64,000 bases of DNA from Puccinia triticina (Eukaryota): the NCBI GenBank assembly GCA_026914245.1, contig CP110440.1:2728001-2792000 (forward strand), read 5' to 3'. The translations under genes were made by a program, and so were the position numbers. Under the pieces are notes generated by a model that saw only the letters and a program-made list of their open reading frames with translations, was not told the origin of the DNA and ran no database searches. Position 1 is the stretch's first letter; the number at the start of each line of letters is the position of its first letter. Below are positions 36,662 through 50,109 of this stretch, in pieces.

Positions 36662-38101
36662 CGGACTTACTTCGCGCACTGCGAGAAACTCTTCGCGCAC
36701 TGCGAGAAACTCTTCGCGCACTGTGGCGGTCGTCGTCTCGACGTCCTGCCCCCAGTGCGCACTTTCGCCACGGCCCTTTGCGCACTGTGCATTCCCCCCA
36801 AAAAACGGCTTGCATTTCTTGAGATATTTTTTGATGAATCAATAGAATGACTTTTTATGATCCCCCTAAAAAATAATCAAGTCATTTAGGGGTCTCCTTG
36901 AGCCTAGAGAAAATTGACATGAAAAAATCATATTTTAACGCGGCAGGGACCTGTAATACCGCTTCCTGTGCCCCAGTAGCCCCAAAAATTTCACAGTATC
37001 AGGGGACATGTGCAAATTCATGCCCTGATAATTTTCAGAATTTTTACCAGCTTTTCTTTAGCCCAAATAGGTATTGTGTTGATTATTTTGCGTATATGTA
37101 TAACTTTTTTGTTACACACAAAAAAGGTACAAAATTTTGATAGCACAGAGAAATATGCTTCAAATTAATTCCCTGAAATTCCTAGCAATAGTGTGTCATT
37201 GTAAATTGAGATATAAGGGGTGCGCAGCAGGCTTAGTAGGAAAATTACTGCTAACTGTATAGCTTTTTTGTTACACACCCAAACAGTCCCAAAATTTCAG
37301 AAATGTTTTCATTGTGGATATTCTCCGCGCCATAAATTTTTTGGCAATAGTGTGTCATGATAACATGAGATATAAGGGGTGCGCGACGGGCTTAGTAGGA
37401 AAATGGCGGCTACATGTATAGATTTTTTGTTACACGCTGAAACAGTCTGAAATTTTCAGGAATGTTTCAATTTTTCATATTCTCCGCGCCATAAAGCTCT
37501 TAGCAATAGTGCGTCATTAAAACATGAGATAAGTTAGCAGTCATTTTCCAACTAAGCCCGCCGCACTACATCTCATGTTATCATGACACAATATTTCCAA
37601 GAAATTTATGGCGCGGGGAATATCCACAATGAAAACATTTCTGAAATTCTGGGACTGTTTGGGTGTGTAACAAAAAAGCTATACAGTTAGCAGTAATTTT
37701 CCTACTAAGCCTGCCGCGCACCCCTTATATCTCTGGGAAAAATTCTGAAAATTATCATGTCATGAATTTGCACATGTACCATGATACTGTGAAATTTTTG
37801 GGGCTACTGGGGCACAGGAAGCGGTATTACAGGTCCCTGCCGCGTTAAAATATGATTTTTTCATGTCAATTTTCTCTAGGCTCAAGGAGACCCCTAAATG
37901 ACTTGATTATTTTTTAGGGGGGATCATAAAAAGCCATTCTATTGATTCATCAAAAAATATCTCAAGAAATGCAAGCCGTTTTTTTGGCGGAAAATGCAGT
38001 GCGCGAAGAGCCGTGGCAGAAGCGCGCACTGGGGGCTGGACGTCGAGACGACGACCCCCACAGTGCGCGAAGAGTTTTCCGCAGTGCGCGAAGTAAGTCC
38101 G
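36662..38101. mobile_element. Foldback / Mutator-like non-autonomous element
   Basis: ~380-bp TIRs CGGACTTACTTCGCGCAC...; internal ~160-bp subrepeats in both orientations; flanks tatatttt / tatattct. Confidence 0.9.
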
Positions 38102-38257
38102 TATATTCTTGTGTATTTATTATATTTTTATATTATACATGACAGATTACATATATATCTGTCACACAAAAAAACGTGAAATATTATTTATAATCATTTG
38201 TATAATTGTTACGCTGGCTTGCGCTGCGTAGCCGGCTGACATATTAGGAGAAAAGTT

Positions 38258-40140
38258 CCCTTCTCCCTGGTTGTCCACTAAGACCTGAAAGTTCAGGAGA
38301 TTTCGACAAACTTTGACTTCAGAGATGAGATTGGAGAGCCAAGCAAGCTCCCGGCCCAAGTATGACAAGGCCTTGTATTCAGCTTTTGTAGTTGACAAGG
38401 ACACTGTCACTTGCTTTGAGGACTTCCAGGCTAGCAAGTGAGTCCTGTCCATAATGGCGAAGCCAGTTGAGGATTGTCTGGTGTTGGGACAGTTCCCCCA
38501 GTCCGCATCAACGTAGGCTTCTCTTGTCAGCTGTGTTTATGAAACTTATGGTAAAAACCTGTCAGAAATAAGGATTTTTGCCCTAGTACTATAACTGTGC
38601 TGAAATAAAACACTGGCAATAATGTGCCAAACTTGTTGCGTGGTATTTAGCCACTACAAGGGTTTAAAAACTCTTATGTAAGAGGAAGATATTTGTAATT
38701 AATAAGGTTTACTTATTAAAAACAGGAATATATAAGGTTTTTGACGTAGAAATAGTTGGTAAGTGCTTAAACTGATTGACTGCACGTCAGAGGCAGAGGT
38801 CTTACAGCAACTATTTATAAAGATATAACTGTAATAAATGCTTATAAGGGATATTGGCAATTTTAGAGTTAAGATCTAGTGGTTTTCATGCCAGGAGGGC
38901 AGAAATAAAGGAATTGGTGGCTTTGATAAGCCAGAGGAGAATTTTTGCAAGTTAACTTACAGGTTAATGGGTGGTGAAATGTCTGGGGGGAAAATTCCAG
39001 TGGCCCCATAACCTCCTTAAATAATGGAGAGGTCACTGAGAGCGCTGAAAAGTTCCCATTAGTTTTGGCTATGGGTAAATGCCAAGAGTAGACGTGTAAT
39101 CTGCCTTGTCTATGGGTATTTTAATTGTACAATATTACACAACTTCCCTTACTCCCACACGTGACATTTGTATAACCAATTGTCACGTGAAATAGCTTAA
39201 TAATCAATTTGTACTAAGTGTACCTCTCACCCGTGGCTCTTGTTTCACGGGGGAAAGGAATTTTACTAATTAATATAATTTTATGTATTTTAATTTATGC
39301 AATAATTTTTTATGTAGTTTTCCTGCTCTTTGGAGCGCTTTTGTGGCTATATGTACATATGTGAAAAAATGTATGAAGGAGTAGGAATGTGGGGTTACTT
39401 TGAGTGGGTGACCCCCCTTAATTTAACACAAGGATTCTGAATATTCAATAATATTTCAGTATTTGTAAATGGTTTAAAATCTTTTGCAGACTTTAGGATA
39501 CTTGTTGTATCTCTAAGGCTGAAATCTATGGAGTTATCCGAGTTCTTGCAATACGTGAGACCAAAGGACTTGGTACCGGAAAAGTATCTGTAGACTTGGA
39601 TTGCCGCATGGTAGTTTAGAATACCAGGGTTTTTGAGGTATTGAGATAGCAAACTAACTTCATAGGATATGTCGGGGCTTGTCAAGACGCTCAGATAGTT
39701 GAGGGAGCTGATTAGCGCACGGAAGTTGATGCCAGTTCTTTTGAATTCAGTGGTCTCCTGTTGGGTTGCTTTCTTCAAGTATGCCTTTGGGTTTAAAGTA
39801 CACAATGCAGGATGTAGCTTCTTAGACTGAACTCTTCCAGCTTGCGTTTGATGAAGTGAACTCCCTTCTCTGATCGTTTGATATTCATTCCCAAAAGGAA
39901 TTTGGCCTCTCCCAGGTATTTTATTTCAAATTCCGCTTCCATCTCTTCCTTAAAAGAAAGGGGCTGCTTGCTGATAAACTCTAGGTTGTCCCCATGAGCA
40001 TAGAAAAATGTGTCTTCCCTCCCTGAGATGTTGACGCAATAAAATACGCACGGATCTGCGACCAATATCAAGAAGCCAATTTTCTTCAGGTAAGTCAACA
40101 GTCAATTGTACCATACAAGAGGAGACTTTAAAATACCATA
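38258..40140 (-). pseudogene. Ty1/Copia pol remnant (reverse transcriptase + RNase H), decayed
   Basis: DPCVFY, YAHGDNL (degenerate YVDD), EFEIKYLGEAKFLLGM, SLNYLSVLTSPDISYEVSLLSQY, AYVDADWG and AWKSSKQVTVSLSTTKAEY. Confidence 0.9.
38525..39509. mobile_element. Solo LTR-like insertion splitting the Copia RT/RNase H junction
   Basis: 5-bp TSD TCTCT; removing it restores ...NSIDFSLREAYVDADW; TGTCAG left end. Confidence 0.8.
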
Positions 40141-40299
40141 GATATAAAAGGGAGAAAGGACTGCTTGAATGGTCAAAATTAACCCTCAGTACAAGACTCT
40201 GGGCTTTGACGGCTCCAATGTGTAGTGCTTTTTATCCAAGTTCCAATTTTCAGCGAAGCTGGACGGTGCGTCAGAGGCTGATATGGCGCAACAAGTGCA

Positions 40300-41417
40300 C
40301 TTTTTCATTTGAAGCGCGGACGTTAAGGAAATTGTAAAAACATTGGATGGATTTGACCCGCTGTGGTAGACGGAAAAGTGAAAAATCAAAAGTTTTTTCT
40401 CATACATATATTTACTCACCCTAGGCCTCAAGATACCACCTAAGAGACCTCAGAAATGGATTCTACGGCCAATTTCACCCGTATTCACCACTGGAAGCGT
40501 CACTGGAACCCCGCTGGATTGGAAGTTACACCCTCTTGGACCCTCATGAACACGGCCAACCCCAGTCATCAATCTGTCACACCCCTCAAGTCAACTTTCC
40601 CAGGTATACACATACTCAGACCCAGCCAAACACATACTCTTTTCTATCTCTCTTATCTCCACTGCTTATGCAGGGGACTAACCCCATTTCTTCTGTATTT
40701 GACATGTCCCCGCTTCATTTATGCACCTCTTGCAGCTGCATGCAGTCTTCTGACCCCATTCCTGCACTCCTTGCATTAGTATGACACCACTCATGCACCC
40801 CTTGCATGAGGTACCCCTGTGTTTGACATTTCCCCGCTTTGTTTATGCACTCCTTGCATTAGTATGACATCATCTTTCATTTCTCACCCCACCTTTTGCC
40901 TGTATTTAGTATGTTCTGACACCAATTGTACGCAGCCTTGCAGCTAAAATCCCTCATCCAGGGTCCCCCTTGTAGCTAAAATCCCTCACATTTGTCTATA
41001 TAAGGAGCTCTCTCCCCCCAGTTGTTTTTCCCTCAGTTCAGTACCCACCAGTTATACAGATATCACCCATTAGCCATTATCATCACCCTTACACTTTTAT
41101 AACATACCATATCATCCCTCTTATCTGCAATAACCACTGAGCCTACTCTCATATTCTCATGATCTCATATCACTGGTTGCATATCACACACCTGTCACAA
41201 GTTACCCTGTTCCTGGTTCAACTCCCGACTAAGACATATACCCTTCTCAGTCCAGACACTCTTCTCAACTTTCTATACCACCCTCTTGAAGACCTGTGTT
41301 CAACCCCCATTGGAAACATCGAGTCAACTTTCACCCTTTCCATCATCATTAACCCTCTCAACTCTCACATACCTGTCATCAAACAACTTCATCTGGAACT
41401 AGACCAGACCTATCACT
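40300..41417 (+). mobile_element. Probable LTR of the downstream Gypsy-type element (left boundary uncertain)
   Basis: Short internal repeats, TATATAA at ~40997 and end ctagaccagacctatcac just upstream of the gag remnant. Confidence 0.4.
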
Positions 41418-41529
41418 TGATTAAAACTTGCCAAGCTTAGCTTGGTGGGTCTTGTTATCTGATAGTATAGAAGGGCAGAGTTTGCACCTCCATCATCCCC
41501 TTCTCCATTCAGCAAAAGGGTTTCACAAC

Positions 41530-43674
41530 CACTTTTGAGTCTTACACCGCCAAATTGGACGGCGTTGAAGGCGGCAATGCTGGCGCACTGGGGCAGGATA
41601 TACACGGCGCGGTGTGGAACTACTCTGAGGGAAGAATAGAGCTTGAGAGGGATTTGGTGCTTGAAGGGCTGCCTCTCAGGGGAACAAGAAAAAGAATATA
41701 AGAGTATGGACTCTTAAGGAAAGGTGTGGCTATGGAGATTCTTGAGGTATGTCTAAGGGTTTACTTTCTACTAATCTAATAGCAAGGTAAAGGTAATGTA
41801 AAGTCTGTCCAACCTGATATATTTGGCATAGACTTATCAAGCTTGTCCACTCTGATTTAATGGCATAAGCTAGGCTAGTGAATGGTGACCAGTGATCTGG
41901 ATTGCTGGGACAGGATCTGATGGGGGACAAAAGGTAGGGCCAAAGAGGGCAGACTATATACAAAATATTATGGGGCTGAGTTGTGGTTGGAAGAAAAGAT
42001 GAAACAGTGAAAATTCTCAATCAAGGGGCTGAGGCTGAAACTACTATGGAGATGGGAAGTTCTGAGAAGAGGCTGAAATGTGGAGAGACAATGAAACATC
42101 ACAACAAGGGTTTACATATCACATGAGAGTCTGAAAAGGGAAGGGCTGAAACCAAAGGGGACAAGGGGTAACCAAGATGGGATCTCTATGGTTATTACAT
42201 GTGTGGCTAATCCTAATTGGGGTTGTTATGCTGGTTTGGGAAGGGAAGAAAAGATGGTCAATGTCCAGGGTCTTTCCTAATAGTATGGCTCTGTCTGATG
42301 GGTGACTTTCTCCCACTTGTGCCTAGCTGGGAGCCTGAGAAATACTGAGTTGGTGTAGGTGGGTATCCAGAAGGTGGGGAAAAAGGGTGAAGAGAGAAAG
42401 GGGGGCCTGTTGATGGGTATGAGTTGTCCTGGCCTTGATCCTTAAGGGAGGTGGGTGCTTGAGTATTCCAGAGAGGGTTATATTGAGGGGAAAAGACTTT
42501 GATTTTGGTGCCATATTCAGGATTGGCTTACCACAGCGGTTTACAAATCAGGATATCAAGGACCTGGTTCAGAGATGGAAGGAGAAGGGCCGTGTGTTTT
42601 TGGTTGTGGACTTTCAGGACTTTAGGAAAACTTGGCAGCCTATTCAATCTTATCTGCTGCGGAAGGACCACATCAATTCCGTGGAGGAGATCAAGCAGCT
42701 GTATTACCAGTCGTTCTCACTTGGTGTTCAGGAGCGCATTTGAGACCAGTTAATCAAGGACAAGACGATTATCACAACTCAGGATAACCGGTTCAAGCTT
42801 CCGGCATTTTAGACCTTGAATAAGGCAGTTGAGGAGGTTATGAAGAACCAGACAGCCCTCAACTTCAAAGTGTCTTGTGCCAAGGTCCCCGTCCTGGCCA
42901 GTCCGTTCAGGCATTCAAACAATATTATCCAGAAAATGGAGGCGGATATTCAACCAAAGGAAGCGCCTTCACAAGCTAGGGCTCCGGCAACGGTGGACAA
43001 GATAGAGCGCATGCTTCAGTCATTCAATCAGTGTATTGACCAGAAGTTGGCGGCTCAGGAAAAGTCAGCGCCAGCGCGAGGCCCAATGTTTTGTTACTAT
43101 TTTCACAGGGAGGGCCACGGATTTGGACACTGTGCTGAGTTACAGAAGGATAAGGATGCAAAGCTTGTAGAGCAGAGGGGTGGTAGTTTGTTTTTCCCAA
43201 ACAGTGCTCTCATCCCCATCAATAATTCTCAACCTATTTGACATGTAGTGGCGTCCTATCAGCCAAAGTCGGCTGTGGCTAACATGGAGGAGCCCAAGCT
43301 TTGTGCTGTGTGTGGATCCTTGGACCCCTGGCAGCCACCATCCATCTAGTCTCAATCTTTTTCGGGAATGTACCAATTGGATCCAGCCTGAAAGAGGCAT
43401 GAACCTTCAAAACCCTTCAAGGCTCATGCAGTGCCTCTGTTGGCAGCAAGGAAGCCGGTGCAAAAGGCTGCAACACCCAAGCTGGGATCTGACACCAAGG
43501 ACATGGGCGTGGAACCCAAACCTTTTGAGCGCATTCCAGCGGTGTCTCCTACTCCTAGTTCGGAAGAAGACCCTTCAAAGGACAGTCCAGCAGCATCAGT
43601 AGCGCCTAATTCATTGTCTCAGTCTCCCAGGGTGAGTTTTGATTGCGGTGTCGCTAAGGACCACCCCAAAGCGG
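41530..43674 (+). pseudogene. Gypsy-type gag remnant (5' part) with degenerate CCHC zinc knuckle
   Basis: PPNWTALKAAMLAHWGRIYTAR|FTNQDIKDLVQRWKEKG...FRKTWQPIQSYLLRKDH...CYYFHREGHGFGHCAEL, with stops and frameshifts. Confidence 0.8.
41613..42535. mobile_element. 923-bp TGTGG...CCACA element (solo-LTR- or Ginger-like) with 4-bp TSD GCGG
   Basis: gcgg|TGTGGAACTACTC...CTTACCACA|gcgg; excision restores the gag frame. Confidence 0.85.
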
Positions 43675-44208
43675 TGTGGAACTACTCAAAGGTGAGAATA
43701 GAGCTTGGAAGGGAAATGGATAGCAACACTAGTACTAATGTAAGCTATGCAAGGGTGCTGATGAGGCTGCCTTCCTGAATAATACTGCGGGGATGAGAGT
43801 AACACTAAGACAAAGAAGAAAAGGTGTGGCTGATTTCTACTTGATCTTAGGAGCTAGTACTATGAGCTGACTACTGACTACTGAGGGTGAGAGGGTTGGA
43901 GCAGTGATGGAAGAGGGGAAAGCAATGGCAATGGTTTAATAGCAATGGGTTCAGGAGCAACAGCAATTATATCAATGATTAATGTGTGATGAGTAATTTC
44001 TACTATAATTTCTGTATCTAAATTTCTGCATAAATCTTCCATGAGGTACAAGTGAGGGGGGAAGGATAGTTCTTATATGAAGGAAGGATGAGAACAGAAA
44101 ATGAGGAATTTTGGCTATGGGAATAAAGGTTGTACAAATAGGGAAAGGTTCTGGTTATGGGAAGAAAAGATTGTACAAATGGGGAAGGTGATGTGAACAT
44201 AGTACCAA

Positions 44209-44616
44209 CAATGCTGCAACCGATGCGATGCAATGCATGTATTGGCTGATACAGTGCATCACATTGCCTTGCCAATACATGAAATCTGCAAAATCGTGCA
44301 TCGCATTGGCAGTCCCGATGCATGCTTTTCAAAAAGCTTGCATTGCATCGGCAGGTCAATGCACTACCGATGCACTGTATCGTCGATGCAATAAAGCCTA
44401 TATCAAGGCCGATACCACTAAAAATGCATCGCATCGGCGGACCGATGCATGCAATGTGATAAAGTGTGCATTGCATTGGCCGTCCCGATGCATGCTTTTC
44501 AAAAAGCCTGCATCGCATTGGCAGGATGATGCAATACTGATGCAGTGTATACCAGATGCAATTTGATGCAATACAGGCCAATGCGCGATACTTGCATTGC
44601 ATTGGTTGCAGCGTTG
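44209..44616. mobile_element. MITE with CAA(C/T)GCTGCAAC TIR and 7-bp TSD
   Basis: caatgctgcaaccgatgc / gcattggttgcagcgttg; perfect TSD gtaccaa; gatgcatcgc internal repeats. Confidence 0.85.
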
Positions 44617-44724
44617 GTACCAACTTGTAATGATGAGCACTACTGAAAGGGGTAAGCACAGATCCAATGATGTAATGTGTACAATAGGCATAGTACATAA
44701 TGAACAATGTATGTAAAGGGTTTA

Positions 44725-45552
44725 GAGCATTTCCACTGCGGGCCCTAAATCGGGGCCCTAGTTGGAAACTTCAGGAGTTTACTGCCTCAACCCAATCCAC
44801 CGTGGGTGCTATTTGCGTCAAAAATTTACGACCGTCCCTAAATATCAACCTCGAGTCCCTACATGTAGGGACTCACTAGGGACTCATTCATCCCCCTCAA
44901 CTCCCTTTCACACACCAAACTCCTCGTGAAACTACAGCTCACCCCATCACTCACACCCCAAATGTACAATCCCTTCACATGATGGCCAAGGCAGGCCGGC
45001 TATCAAGAGGTACTCCCCTTGATGGCCCGTTTGTTCCGGTCATTGAGAGGAGTACATTCTCCCCTTGATGGCCGGTTCTTTCCGGTCATCAAACATACTC
45101 CCCTTGATGGCCGGTTCCTTCCGGTCATCAAGAGGATACTCCCCATGATGACCGGAACAAACTGGTTTGTTCTGATCATTGGTTTGTTCCAATTATCCAG
45201 GGGAGTATATACTCCCCACAATGACCAGAACAACCTGGATTGTTCCGACCTCATCAAGGGAGGTACATATTTACTCCCCTAGATGGCCGGTTTGTTCCAG
45301 TTATCAAGAGGGGTATATACTCCCCACAATGACCAGAACGGCCCGCTTTGTTCCGATCATCAACAAGAGAACTCCCTTTGATAACCGGGTGGATTTGACA
45401 GGGGAGTGGACCGGGGGCAATGTATGCCTTTCATGAATTTTTAGAGACTCTTGCGGTGTATGCCGCAGCAGTTTGGGGCGCTAAAACTGGCTGCGCACTG
45501 CCAGAGATCAAATTTTAGCGCCCCAAAAATACCGCCCGCGGTGGAAATGCTC
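44725..45552. mobile_element. PIF/Harbinger non-autonomous element with an internal ~40-bp tandem array
   Basis: TIR GAGCATTTCCAC / GTGGAAATGCTC; TTA TSD; tactcccc-tgatggccgg repeats at 45000-45390. Confidence 0.85.
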
Positions 45553-47272
45553 TTAGTATGTGAGAAATTATCTGTAAAAGGAATGTAATGTAATGATTCA
45601 AGTAAGTTACTAATGAAATGAGTGGTGTAACTCATGAAGACTGTAGGTTTTCTGTAAGTCTTATATCCTCTATAGCTATTGAACCATTGAAGATAAAGGG
45701 GTACTATCCAAGTATATTAAAGCTTCAGATTCATGAAAAAAAAATTCAAGGGTTTCCCCTGCAAACATCAATATCCAAAAAAAAAAAATTCAGGGTTTCC
45801 CCTAACAACAACATTTACACAAAAAATTACAATGGTTTCTCCACAATTAAAATAACAAACAACCCGCCACAGGTCTCCCTCTACAAAATTTGGAGACATT
45901 AATTAACACTACCAAGAAAAAAAAACCACAACCGGCCGCCCAATCCCAGCAAGCTGAGATACCACGGCCAACCGTCCATCCCTGTCTAGCAGGGTCAAAA
46001 AACGGTTGAGATGATGACCCCCAGCGGTTAAGCAAAGGGGGGGCCACCGAATAACCCCCGACAAACTGCGCAACTGCAACAGCGGCCGGGGCGAGACGAC
46101 CTCCCAGCCGGAAGCACAGCCGGGGGGTCGCCTGGCTTCAACAAGAAGAAAACGCCCTCCTTTTACAAACACTTTCCACCTCCATATCCCAAACCATCGA
46201 ACAACCGCACATGCCCCTGTCACTTTCAAGCTTGACGCCACTTGACGCATGATTGGACCCCGGCTATACAGTCCGCCGACTACAACCGCACACGCCTTGA
46301 ACCCTAACTCGGCTTCGAACCCTGACAACGCAAATATTAGCCTTGCCAAACCTCCATGCTTCGTCGTACGTCCACTTTGGTTATTTACCCCATGTTTCAA
46401 CCCCCCATTCTCACCATACCAGCGCCGCTCCAACCCTGACATCGGTTACATTGCCCCCGCAACGTTCATATACTTATACGTCGTCGTCAGAGAGTTTTGA
46501 TCAATCGAGGCGCTCTTATCTTCGCCCCGTCAAGTACGCCCGTTCAAATTACCCTGCGCCTCGGCGCGCTTGAGCAATCCATCAAAGGGGCTGGCACTCA
46601 GCAACAATCAAAGGCAACCCTGACAACTCAATTGACGCACAACGCCTCGCCACACATGTTAACTCAATCGGGTCGATCTTTAACTACACTCGCACGACCC
46701 GCTCACCAACTCCATTCCATCAGACGCCGTCAAGACGAACCCTTGCTTGGCATATCGCCAGCTAATCGTAACGGCCCGGGGATCATATACACGAGACCGT
46801 TTAAAAGGCCCTGTGACGGAACCCTGACAACACCACTGTCACCTGACGCCTCGCCTGGCAAATCAAACAAATCCGGTCAAATGTTGTGGGTACCCTCGCA
46901 ACGGCTCACCAACTCCTTTTCCTCAGACGCCGCGGCAACGAACAACTGTTTAGCATTTTGCGAGCCAATCCTAGCGGCACGCGTACCATACACACAAAAT
47001 GAATTCAATTTCGCGAGTTGGTGGCCGAATATTACCCAGCAATATAAAACCAGCGAGTTCTTGATCGATTATTTCACATTCCTCACCCATACCACATTTT
47101 CCATCCAAACGGTTTACCTCAACTCCAGCCCCTTTTGAACACAAGCGCTCTCTACCCGCAACGTCATCCTCATATTCCACTGGTAATAATTCAAGCATTC
47201 TAATACACACGCTAATGCATCCGCTGACTGTTTGGCTCACCTTGTCGAACTTGATAACTGATGCAGAACACG

Positions 47273-48547
47273 ATGTCATTGTTGAGGGCTCCCAACCATC
47301 CAGTCTCATTCTCCAGTCATTTTCAACCTCTCGAAGCGGTGAGCCCCAGACCTTGCCTGATATAAGATTCGGCGTTACTGATTTATCGTGAATCCAGTCG
47401 ACAACCGACAGTGTGCGAGCCAACCAGTACGGCTTCGTCAAAACAATAAGTTTCTTCCAATGCGCCGGAACAGCGAACAACAAACGCGAAAACTTCCAAG
47501 TGGATCTTGTCGCAAATACCGCCCTCAACAATCTTCTTGAGCCAGGCACAATTTATTCGATATCCGGTAAAATGATCGCGATGAACAACGGCTCGCCACC
47601 GTTGTTGACTTATAGCCAAGACGTAGTTACTCCCGTGGCTGCCACTGGTGGGGAGCAACCGGACTTTGCAAATAAGACTTACATTACCAGTCTCGGCATG
47701 GTTACTCATTGTCAGGAAGTAGTCTCAGATTCGCCAGATGCGGCGGTCTGCCTTGAGGTCACAGTCGCCCACTCCGATTGGGATGCAGAAGTAAGTCGCC
47801 GTTAACAATACACATGCCTAATACTAACTTGTTTTTGAAGGCCCGCTGTATTAAGAAATTCGACGTCAAGTATGTTGTCCCCGGGTCTAAGAATCTTATT
47901 AAGACCCACACCCTATACGTCGTGGGCCGCGAGGTAAACATATTCGGACGTTTGGTCGACTTCAACATGGAGTCTCAAATGGCTGTTGTACAGGTATGAG
48001 AATACCCAAGCTAATTTTAAAGATATAACTAACGCAATCGATCTATCAGGTCGCCCACGTCAGTGTCACGAACGGACATCAGATTGGTAAATTGAGCGGT
48101 TTTGGCCAAAATTTACCAGCTACCAGCTCTCAAATTCAATTGTCCGTGGAATTTCCTTATCCCACTAAATGTTGTGTTATCTTGCAATCATGACTGACAC
48201 CGGCAACTAGAACTAAGTTCTCCCCAAAAAAAGTGTGTGGAAACGTTTCACAATCGTCATCCAAAACCGCGTCACAGCCCCGTACTCCTGAAGCGCCTGC
48301 AACAAAAGCCCGCGCTGCAAAAAAGGTAAAATGTAGTCAAAAGGAACCACCGACATCGTCGGGTGGCAAAGGGAAGCAAAAGGCACTCGAAGAATCTGAA
48401 GACGAAGAAGAAGATGAGGAGGATGATGACGACGACGAAAATGAAAGCAAAGAAGAAATCCACACTCCTGTTCCCACGAAGTCAAAGCGCGGCCGCCCAC
48501 GAAAGGATATCCTCAAAGAGGCGGCAAAGAATATGAAGAAGTTTTGA
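47273..48547 (+). CDS. Helitron accessory protein: putative OB-fold ssDNA-binding (RPA-like) domains, acidic tract and AT-hook
   Basis: Five in-phase exons (47273-47338, 47398-47790, 47841-47993, 48050-~48141, ~48211-48547); beta-rich segments LEPGTIYSISGKM and VGREVNIFGRLVDF; C-terminal EEDEEDDDDD and KRGRPRK. The fold assignment is inference. Confidence 0.7.
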
Positions 48548-50109
48548 GTTATATGGCATGCAATTTTCTTTCCAGCAGAGTTATGTCGTCTATATGGCGA
48601 CCTTCTTACAAATTACACGCTATCCGAGGAAGCGCCGATCTTATGCTGTCTTTCTGAGCGCGTCCCTTTGGGCCTGAACTTTTCCTCCTGTTGTGTTTTT
48701 TCCTTCATACTAAGGTCATTTGTGACTCATTCTGCTGCTATATTTTCAATTCACTTTTCTCCTCATGTGTATACTCCTGTAAGCCGTAAATTAGCGGCCA
48801 ATCGTACTTGAGCTTGACCATTATTCTCAAGAAAGTAGCTACTGCTCGTGTATGTGGAATTTATGTAGTTCCCACGACAGTCATAACCGGACATTTGAAA
48901 GATCAATTGGATTGCCAGTTTACAGCAGTTTACCTGATACTTTGAAGCTGATAGTCAATTGAATGGCAAGCCTTACGGCAGAAGGCGATAATTTGTCATG
49001 CAAAGTCGCAAAGTCGACTTGTCAATTGGCTAGGGGTTGGTTTTCAAAAGACGACGCTAACAATTTCATCAGAACTGGTGTTTAATCAACACACCGTATG
49101 AGCTTGGCCCTGGTTGAAACCTTCTCCTTCGTGGTCGTCAGCCACTACGGCTGAATGACTCTGATCCATTCGGCGAGATTATTAGCGTAAGTCGAGGTGA
49201 GACTTGGACTGAGACGAAACATTTTTGCTTGATAAAATCTACTATACTTGCGACGCGTAATTAAGCTGTAAGTTGATGTTACTTTGTCCATCGCCTTGGG
49301 GTAGTTACATGTCAATTAGCCCAAGTCTGCTCACAACAACAGATAAGCAGTTACAAGACACAATAAGCTTCCGGTCATCACTTTCGGCGTAGGTTCTGCT
49401 CGAGCTTCATCTTGCCCGCGAAATACTGGTCGATAACCAAAGCGTCAACGTGACCTTAGTGTATGTTGACGGCAAGCTTTATATAACCAGAGTTGAATTC
49501 AAATAATCTATCTGATCTGACTCGCTTCCCATTATTACTCCGCAGGACGCAAAGGTCATAACCTGCACTACTTTCACATTTGGCAACCGTTCAGCCTAAT
49601 CATCACTGGGACGGATTGAGTTGGCCTGTTGATCACACCGTCAGACTACGCAGAAGTGAAAACATCAAACTTACGCTGCATCGAATCAGCCTGTCGTACG
49701 TATATCAAATCATTTGTCTATGATAACTTAGGCTTCAATAATATTAACGTCCTTCGTCATGATCCATTTACTGTCGGCGAGTATAGGGTGTCGACTAACC
49801 TTCAACACTCAAGTAATACTAATATCTACCACCGTATGATCATGTCGTTGTCTCGTGTCACTATTCAAAATGTTTATATCCTGACCACAAGTTAACACCT
49901 TGTTGTGCGCAGAGTTCAACCTTGTCGTGCAGATCAATTTTCAAGCCAAACACCTAAGCCTATAGCGTCGGGAGCGGATTCATTTATACAACAAGGCAAT
50001 CGCCGCATCAATGTGAGTGAAGTCGTCATGGTGATTTTATCGGTGATCGACTCATGGGTTGTTCAAATGAAAGCAGATGATCGAGTCGAAGGGGAAAGTC
50101 TCGAATAGT

